This document shows positions 26,299 to 32,000 of a DNA stretch of 32,000 bases, one piece after another. Origin of the DNA: Copranaerobaculum intestinale (lineage in GTDB: Bacteria > Bacillota_I > Bacilli_A > Erysipelotrichales > Erysipelotrichaceae). Numbering within the stretch: position 1 is the stretch's first letter; every line of letters starts with the position of its first letter. The notes under the pieces are model-generated. The model had not been told where the DNA came from and made no database searches. It was given only the letters and a program-made list of their open reading frames with translations. Position numbers and translations under genes: made by a program. The stretch covers positions 90,001 to 122,000 of the forward strand of contig NZ_WUUQ01000001.1 in NCBI RefSeq assembly GCF_009831105.1, read 5' to 3'.

Positions 26299-26772
26299 TT
26301 AGAAGGGCAGGTCATCACTGGCGATATCCAGTGTGTCCGAGGATGCAAAGTCACTTGAATAACTGTTTGCCGGTTCTGAGTCCGGTGTATATTCCGCACT
26401 CGGCTGTACAAATCCGTTATCATAAGCAGGCGCGCTTTGAGCCCGTTCGCCGCTCGCCGATTTGGAATCGAGGAACTGTACGGAATCCGCAACTACTTCA
26501 GTGACATATACACGTTTGCCGCTTTGATCATCATAGCTGCGTGTCTGGATCCTTCCTTCCACGCCGACCAATGATCCTTTATGCAAGTACTGCGCCATCA
26601 GCTCCGCAACGCGGTTCCAAGCGACACAGTTGATGAAGTCAGCCGTCTGATCCTGGGTTTTTACCCGACGATCACATGCGACGGTAAAAGAAACAACAGA
26701 TGCTCCTGATCCTGTTTTCCGCATTACCGGATCTTTGGTAAGACGTCCAACCAATACAACTCGGTTAATCAT
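26299..26772 (-). CDS. ssb: Single-stranded DNA-binding protein
   Basis: MINRVVLVGRLTKDP...; acidic tail ending DDLPF. Start at ATG 26772, 9 nt after AAAGGAG; the track start 26778 is too close to the SD. Confidence 0.96.
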   Translation of the reverse strand: MINRVVLVGRLTKDPVMRKTGSGASVVSFTVACDRRVKTQDQTADFINCVAWNRVAELMAQYLHKGSLVGVEGRIQTRSYDDQSGKRVYVTEVVADSVQFLDSKSASGERAQSAPAYDNGFVQPSAEYTPDSEPANSYSSDFASSDTLDIASDDLPF

Positions 26773-26790
26773 AAACATCCACTCCTTTTA

Positions 26791-27084
26791 TTATTCTTCA
26801 TCTTGCGTTTTGATTGTCATGTGACGAACTACATTATTGTTGATACGAATCAGACGGTCAAACTCAGCGATTGCTTCGTTGCCGGCAGTTACGTTAATAA
26901 CAACATAATAACCTTTCGTCATGTGATTAATTTCATACGCGAATTCTTTCACGCCCCACTCGTCTACCTTATCGATAGTTCCGTTGTGGTCAGTGATGAT
27001 CTTGTGTAATCCATCGATTACTTCCTGACGCTTTGCGTCATCCAGATCAGCCTTCACGATGTACATAATCTCATATTTCTTCAT
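26791..27084 (-). CDS. rpsF: 30S ribosomal protein S6
   Basis: MKKYEIMYIVKADLDD...WGVKEFAYEINHMTKGYYVVINV is canonical S6. Confidence 0.97.
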   Translation of the reverse strand: MKKYEIMYIVKADLDDAKRQEVIDGLHKIITDHNGTIDKVDEWGVKEFAYEINHMTKGYYVVINVTAGNEAIAEFDRLIRINNNVVRHMTIKTQDEE

Positions 27085-27193
27085 GTGTACACCTCCTTAT
27101 GGTCTATTGGCTTTCCTCCTGCGGGAAAGCAAGGAGTAGAAAATTCAAATCTACCCGTTTAATGATTATAGCATCCAACTGTCAAACTGTAAA
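27085..27193 (-). promoter_or_regulatory. rpsF operon promoter and structured 5' leader
   Basis: Minus strand: TTTACA (27193-27188), 17 nt, extended -10 TGCTATAAT (-10 hexamer at 27170-27165). The leader carries the hairpin GCTTTCC-CGCAGGA-GGAAAGC about 20 nt upstream of the SD AAGGAGG. Confidence 0.6.
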
Positions 27194-27277
27194 GAAATTT
27201 CTATCACAAACACAAGCGATTAAAGCTGCTTTACGGCCGCCTCAAATCGAATCACAATTTACTTTATTCTGCCCTGC

Positions 27278-28441
27278 TTACACCTGATAATAGGTTTCAC
27301 CCTGAATGATCGTACGCAACACATGATAATCATGATCCATCATTACCAAATCAGCCCGACGGCCGGCTTCGATTTTGCCGCGATCCTTGATCTCCAGACA
27401 TTTTGCCGGACTTTCACAATACAGACTGCCCACTTCTTCCATGGTCAAACCAACCTTGTCACGGCATACCCGCATAATTTCATTCCAGGTGTTGCTGCCG
27501 CCGCAGATCGTTCCATCCGGTGCCTTGATGATACCGTCCTTCACAAAAATTTTGCCATAGTACGGTACATTGTCATGCTCTCCTTCACCAAGACCTGCCA
27601 GACTTGTCATATCAGTAATGCCATAGCATTTGTCAATTCCTTTCAATCGGATCGCCAGCTTGATCCAATCTGATGCCACATGATAGTTATCGCAGGTCAG
27701 CTGCACCTTGATACGATCATCCAAAAGACTGCCGATCACCGGACCGTTGATGCGGTGATGCATCGGCTGAAAACAGTTGTACAGATGAGATGTCTGATCA
27801 AGCCCGTTATCAGCTGCTTCCCGTACCTGATCGCTGGTACAGTGCGTGTAGCACACCTCCGCTTTTACACCCTGGGAAGTCACCCAGCGAATCCATTCCA
27901 TTGCCCCGGGAGCTTCCGGTGCCACATTGATCAATGCGACATCGCTCAAATCTCCGTCCGTCATTGCCAGCGTATGTTCTTTGGTCGGCTGTGCCGAAAA
28001 TTCCGGATTGTAACAGCAATGCTGGTTGGGATTGGTATACGGCCCTTCAAAATGCAGCTTGAAGGGATCGGCTCCGACAATATCCTTACGGGCTTTACGA
28101 ATACATTTCACAGCGTAATTCAGATTTTCCAGGGAAGAATCCGCACCTAGCGTTGCCAGCACCGAGGTGACACCATACTGCGGCAGCCGCTTACAGATCT
28201 CTCTGACATGTTCTTCCCCATGACCGCGAAACGCTACCTGACCATTGTCATAAAAAGAATACAGAAAGCCGCCGTGCATATGCGTTTCTACCCCGCCGGC
28301 GTATAGATAGTTCCCCATCGCGTCGATGACTTCATCATCCTCGATATGCTCACCGACAGCGGTAATGATCCCATCTTGAAACTGTACCTCCACATCGTTG
28401 AACTTCCCGTCGATAAATACCTTGGCATTTTTAATTTTCAT
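27278..28441 (-). CDS. NagA-family amidohydrolase (divergent N-acetylglucosamine-6-phosphate deacetylase-like)
   Basis: The 387-aa protein aligns by eye to the conserved NagA blocks: ETHMHGG (DIHIHGG), LHFEGPY (HLEGPF), HLYNCFQPMHHRINGPVIG (HLYNAMSPFHHREPGVIG), ITDMT (ITDS), GKIEAGRRADLVMMD (G.I..GKDADLV). Confidence 0.8.
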   Translation of the reverse strand: MKIKNAKVFIDGKFNDVEVQFQDGIITAVGEHIEDDEVIDAMGNYLYAGGVETHMHGGFLYSFYDNGQVAFRGHGEEHVREICKRLPQYGVTSVLATLGADSSLENLNYAVKCIRKARKDIVGADPFKLHFEGPYTNPNQHCCYNPEFSAQPTKEHTLAMTDGDLSDVALINVAPEAPGAMEWIRWVTSQGVKAEVCYTHCTSDQVREAADNGLDQTSHLYNCFQPMHHRINGPVIGSLLDDRIKVQLTCDNYHVASDWIKLAIRLKGIDKCYGITDMTSLAGLGEGEHDNVPYYGKIFVKDGIIKAPDGTICGGSNTWNEIMRVCRDKVGLTMEEVGSLYCESPAKCLEIKDRGKIEAGRRADLVMMDHDYHVLRTIIQGETYYQV

Positions 28442-28764
28442 AATGCTCCTCCTCTTTCATCCAGATTTCTTTATCCTTCTATCCGTGACTTGGATAGGAA
28501 AATCCGATAAGCAGATATATTCAAATATACACATCATTCCTGACATATATCATGTTTACTTTATCTTATCGTGTATTTTTCAGGCTGTTTTCTCATGATA
28601 ACAAAGCTCTCATCATATTGTTACTATGTTATAATAATATCATTATTTTTCAAAGATTCCAACCAAATCTGTATTCCTTCATCAGAACCCTTTTTATGCT
28701 ATGCCGGCATTTCCTGTATCATCGTATTTTAAACTGCTGAACAACGCTTAAACCAAGCCTCAAG

Positions 28765-28798
28765 AAACAGGCTCCATCCATACGGACAGAGCCTGTTT
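28765..28798 (-). terminator. Hairpin terminator immediately after the SIS-domain gene
   Basis: AAACAGGCTC (28765-28774) pairs with GAGCCTGTTT (28789-28798). On the minus strand it begins directly after the TAA and ends in UUUCUU. Confidence 0.5.
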
Positions 28799-29539
28799 TT
28801 AGAATTTATAATGAATCTGATCTCGATATTCTTCAAAAATTTTACGGTTTTTTTCATCCCCACCGTCAATGTTGGCACTGTAGAATATCGGAGGGATTTC
28901 CAGACCTGCATCCACCAATTTCTGAGTAACGGCAGCTACGATGGAATTCAAGATCGCAGCGCCGATGACGGTGGAAGTAGGACTGACTTTTTGATCGAGC
29001 CCTTCGATCGCAACACACGCATCACCCTTTTCTCCGTGATTATCAAGAATGATATCACTGATTTCATAGAGATTTTTTCCGGATGGATGGCGGGATGAAA
29101 CAGTTTTGGAATAAGCGAGGTTGGTGATGCAGATTACCTTCGCCCCGCGTTCCTTTGCTTTCATCGCGGCTTCAATACTGACCGGATTGCGGCCGGATAC
29201 CGAATGTATGATCAATACATCGTCAGCCTGTATTGGGGTTTTCTCAATCAAAGCGGTGCCATAGCCAACCAACCGCTCCATGCGGCTCGTCTGCGTAATC
29301 GGCGTTGTATCCAGCATGAGCTCCCGTCCAAAGATAGGATTCATGACCACAAGACCCCCAGCCCGGTAATACAGCTCCTCACTGAGGATACCGGCATGCG
29401 AAGCCCCAAAGGTGAAAATCGCATGCTTGTTTAGAATCGCGTCGCTGATACAGTTGACCGCAGTCTCCATGGAAGCCTGCTCCTGACGTTCGATCACATC
29501 GATCAGACGGCGTATTTCATCCAGATATGAAAACTTCAT
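28799..29539 (-). CDS. SIS (sugar isomerase) domain protein, UPF0309-like
   Basis: FTFGASHAGILSEE..., VLIIHSVSGRNPVSIEAAMKAKERGAKVICITN (SIS phosphosugar-binding fold), and a C-terminus ending ...EEYRDQIHYKF typical of the UPF0309 family. Start at ATG 29539 (MKFSYLDE...), one nt after the EIIC stop codon. Confidence 0.8.
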   Translation of the reverse strand: MKFSYLDEIRRLIDVIERQEQASMETAVNCISDAILNKHAIFTFGASHAGILSEELYYRAGGLVVMNPIFGRELMLDTTPITQTSRMERLVGYGTALIEKTPIQADDVLIIHSVSGRNPVSIEAAMKAKERGAKVICITNLAYSKTVSSRHPSGKNLYEISDIILDNHGEKGDACVAIEGLDQKVSPTSTVIGAAILNSIVAAVTQKLVDAGLEIPPIFYSANIDGGDEKNRKIFEEYRDQIHYKF

Positions 29540-29540
29540 G

Positions 29541-30797
29541 TTACAGGATACCGCCGAACAGCGAAGCGATGAATTTGCCGATGATGCCGAATAAAGACAG
29601 ATCATTGCCGCCGAAGATCAGCATCCAATTCTGAATCGTACCGGAATAAATAACCGCCGAGAAGCCGACCAGCGCAACCATCAGGATCGCAGCGACTGCT
29701 GTACCGATGACAGAGCCGCGCAGGCCGCCCTGGCCTTCACCGATAACCGCTGCGGCACCGCATTCAAAGAATGATGTGATAACCAATGGAATCAACATGA
29801 CATTGAACACATTTAATGAATTACAGATCAGTACCAAAACCGTGGAAGTGATCATTGCGGTAACGAAGCCGATCAGGACAGCGTTAGGTTTGTAATTGAA
29901 GATAATCGGACAGTCGAATGCCGGCAGGGCATTCGGTACCAATTTTTCGGAAATTCCCTTGAAAGCAGGCACGATCTGATTGATTAACATACGAACGCCC
30001 TGAAGCATAATAATCAGACCGGCACCGAAATTCAGGCCCTGTGTAACTGCCGCCATGAAGAAGTTTTCACCTTCTGCTACGGATGAAGGTACCGCTAAAC
30101 CAACCACAACGAACATAATGAAGATAACGAAACCTCCGGTAATCGAAATTTCACGGAAGAAGGATAAACCCTTCGGCAGGTTTAAATCCTCGGTAGATTT
30201 CTTTTTATTTCCCAGCTTGCCGGCAACGAATCCGGAAACTAACGACAGGCATCCAGTAGGATGACCCAAGGTAAATGATTCATCCCCGGTTACCGCAAAT
30301 ACATATTTGCGCAGTGCCCATGGCATGATCGACCAATACAAAGCACTGGTGATTGCACCGAAGGCAATCAAAGGAATACCCTTCATACCGCCTTCAACGC
30401 CGGCAGCGACGAAGATAAACGGGAACCACCAAAGCATATGACCGGTTAAGAAAATAGTCTTAATTGGCGTAAAGCGCGCAATCAATAAATGCAAAGCCAA
30501 ACCGAAGAACATCGCAAGTCCGATGTCTCCGCCATATGATGCAGTGAAGGTGATATCATTCAGTCCCTCTGCCGCACCCGATCCTGCCAGCGTTTGGAAA
30601 GCCGCGTTGATCGGGGAAATGGAACCGACCAGCATGCCGACACCGGCATTCAATATTACCATGCCGAAGGCAGCCATCAAAGCTCCTTTTACGATTTCTG
30701 CAGTTCCCTTGCGCTGCAGGATCAAACCGATGGCTGCGATCAGTCCCAGCAGTACCGGTGGATTGCGAAATATATTGTTAATAATAAAATCCATCAT
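29541..30797 (-). CDS. PTS ascorbate-family EIIC component (SgaT/UlaA-type)
   Basis: 418 aa and polytopic. N-terminus MMDFIINNIFRNPPVLLGLIAAIGLILQRKG and overall pattern are characteristic of the UlaA/SgaT family. Confidence 0.88.
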   Translation of the reverse strand: MMDFIINNIFRNPPVLLGLIAAIGLILQRKGTAEIVKGALMAAFGMVILNAGVGMLVGSISPINAAFQTLAGSGAAEGLNDITFTASYGGDIGLAMFFGLALHLLIARFTPIKTIFLTGHMLWWFPFIFVAAGVEGGMKGIPLIAFGAITSALYWSIMPWALRKYVFAVTGDESFTLGHPTGCLSLVSGFVAGKLGNKKKSTEDLNLPKGLSFFREISITGGFVIFIMFVVVGLAVPSSVAEGENFFMAAVTQGLNFGAGLIIMLQGVRMLINQIVPAFKGISEKLVPNALPAFDCPIIFNYKPNAVLIGFVTAMITSTVLVLICNSLNVFNVMLIPLVITSFFECGAAAVIGEGQGGLRGSVIGTAVAAILMVALVGFSAVIYSGTIQNWMLIFGGNDLSLFGIIGKFIASLFGGIL

Positions 30798-30811
30798 ACT
30801 TTAATATCCTC

Positions 30812-31087
30812 CTATTTCTGTTCCTCTAAAAATTTTTGAACCGCTTCCTTCACTTCCGCCAGATCCATGTATTTTTTGATCGGATAAACCGGAATGTCGG
30901 AGTTCTGCAGTTCTGCCTGCAGCTCTGCACTGGTGAAAATCGCATCACACTGCGCACCGTGAGCACTGCTGATATCTGTGTTTTCTACTTCTGCATCCAG
31001 ATTCAGCTCCCTGCAGACCTTTTCAATACTCATTCGCAGAATCATCGATGATCCGACGCCGAAACCGCACACTGCTAAAAATTTCAT
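30812..31087 (-). CDS. PTS EIIB component (UlaB/SgaB-type)
   Basis: MKFLAVCGFGVGSSMILRM contains the phospho-Cys loop. 91 aa. SD AAGGGAGGTGA. Confidence 0.88.
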   Translation of the reverse strand: MKFLAVCGFGVGSSMILRMSIEKVCRELNLDAEVENTDISSAHGAQCDAIFTSAELQAELQNSDIPVYPIKKYMDLAEVKEAVQKFLEEQK

Positions 31088-31140
31088 TCCTTCACCTCCC
31101 TTTGGTTTGTATGTGAAATTCTTAATTTTCTTTATATAGA

Positions 31141-31156
31141 TCAGGAAACTTCCTGA
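31141..31156. promoter_or_regulatory. Perfect 16-bp palindrome between the PRD regulator and the PTS EIIB gene
   Basis: TCAGGAA-AC-TTCCTGA lies 4 nt downstream of the regulator stop codon. No U-tract follows it on the minus strand. Confidence 0.3.
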
Positions 31157-31159
31157 GAG

Positions 31160-32000
31160 CTACCCTTTATCCTGAATCAATTTCATGATGGCGGATATAT
31201 CACCGCTTTGAAATAGCTTCATATTCGCATCGTCATACAGAATTTCCGTCAAGGACGCCAATGCCTTCATGTGAGAAGAATTATCAATGGTCGCCAGCAC
31301 CATGAACAGTCTTACCGGTTTTCCCAGCAGGTCAACCGGTTCTTTCACAATCAGAAGTGACATCGAAAGTTCATGCACCCCGCTTGCAGCGGAGGCGTGC
31401 GGCAGCGCGAATTCATCCGCCAGTACGATATACGGACCGTGTTCCTCTACGCTTGCTATCATCTGATCAACATAGGTCTGTTCAATCGTTCCTTCTTCCA
31501 GCAGCGGTTTCGCCGCCAGCTCGATGGCACTTTTCCAATTATCTACATAATCCGCGGTTCGGATTCTTTTTTCATTCAGTAACTCTTTCAACATAGGCTG
31601 ATAATTCTCCTTTTCCTCTCGTTTATATAACAGTCGTTCTAAATCTTGCTTTAATTTATTTTCATCCACATCGGAAGCATGCTGCTTCACCAAATGCATA
31701 ATACTTTCTACATCGAAATGCACATTCATTGCGGATATATGAATCAGCTTGCTCATCAGCATGTCAATATCCAATCGCGTCAGAAGCGGATTCACGACCA
31801 GCACATTTTCATGATCCGGTATGGATATCGTCGAAACGATATAATCATATTGCGCTTGAAAGTCCGGCAGGTCCTTCAATGCGATGTTGCCGATAATCTG
31901 AATGGCTGGAATATAGTTATATAGCTGTATTTCCAAGGTCTTGGAAACCATCAAGCCATTCGGACACACCAGCAGCACCTTATTTTTGCGTCCGCAGCCG
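31160..32000 (-). CDS. PRD-containing PTS regulator (MtlR/LicR-type; EIIB-like plus C-terminal EIIA-Mtl/Ntr domain), C-terminal part; the 5' end lies beyond the window
   Basis: The reading frame stays open upstream of the track start to position 32000 (...GCGRKNKVLLVCPNGLMVSKT is an EIIB-like Cys loop). The C-terminal EIIA_2 domain contains LADEFALPHASAASGVHELSMSLLIVKEPVD (His phosphorylation site). Confidence 0.8.
   Translation of the reverse strand, partial: GCGRKNKVLLVCPNGLMVSKTLEIQLYNYIPAIQIIGNIALKDLPDFQAQYDYIVSTISIPDHENVLVVNPLLTRLDIDMLMSKLIHISAMNVHFDVESIMHLVKQHASDVDENKLKQDLERLLYKREEKENYQPMLKELLNEKRIRTADYVDNWKSAIELAAKPLLEEGTIEQTYVDQMIASVEEHGPYIVLADEFALPHASAASGVHELSMSLLIVKEPVDLLGKPVRLFMVLATIDNSSHMKALASLTEILYDDANMKLFQSGDISAIMKLIQDKG

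Noticed and set aside
27200-27277. Possible terminator after the NagA-like gene, upstream of the rpsF promoter
   Set aside because: Only short imperfect complementarity (TAAAGC/GCTTTA with a 2-nt loop) and no U-tract, so I could not support a terminator call.
1-32000. Search for CRISPR arrays, tandem or long repeats, IS elements, integrases, tRNA/rRNA genes and known defence-system genes
   Set aside because: By eye I found no regularly spaced direct repeats, transposase or recombinase motifs, tRNA cloverleaf candidates in intergenic regions, or defence hallmarks (no nucleases, helicases, methylase pairs, TIR/SIR2/STAND domains). The only repeated DNA is the diverged aminoacylase cassette.

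Overview
This is a chromosomal window from a low- to mid-GC Bacillota (Firmicutes)-type genome. I found no rRNA or tRNA genes, CRISPR arrays, transposases, integrases or recognisable defence genes.

The right-central part (about 16.3-27.2 kb, all minus strand) is the conserved housekeeping block: rpsF-ssb-rpsR, yybS-gdpP-rplI-dnaB, an M23/G5 peptidase, the walJ(yycJ)-like MBL hydrolase, an HtrA-like protease and rlmH.

The left part holds accessory metabolic and efflux modules:
- a truncated cytoplasmic LRR protein divergent from an orphan ECF-type sigma factor;
- a translationally coupled TetR-pcp pair;
- two diverged copies of an M20D aminoacylase cassette, each with the same promoter, box and terminator, bracketing a YfcC-family transporter and a decayed AT-rich spacer;
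- an MFS exporter co-transcribed with an ArsR-type regulator that has a long N-terminal domain;
- a TetR plus MacB-like ABC exporter;
- an XRE repressor followed by an HTH-less small protein that shares its C-terminal motif.

The right end is an ascorbate-family (SgaT/UlaA) PTS locus with a PRD/EIIA regulator, a SIS-domain protein and a divergent NagA-like deacetylase. Its substrate is unknown.

The most unusual organisation is a Nudix-DUF5131 (three-Cys, phage Gp37/Gp68 family)-rlmH cassette. It is joined by ATGA start/stop overlaps and sits between htrA and rlmH, behind an intrinsic terminator. I see no compelling evidence for a wholly new system. The candidates below are hypotheses ranked by interest.
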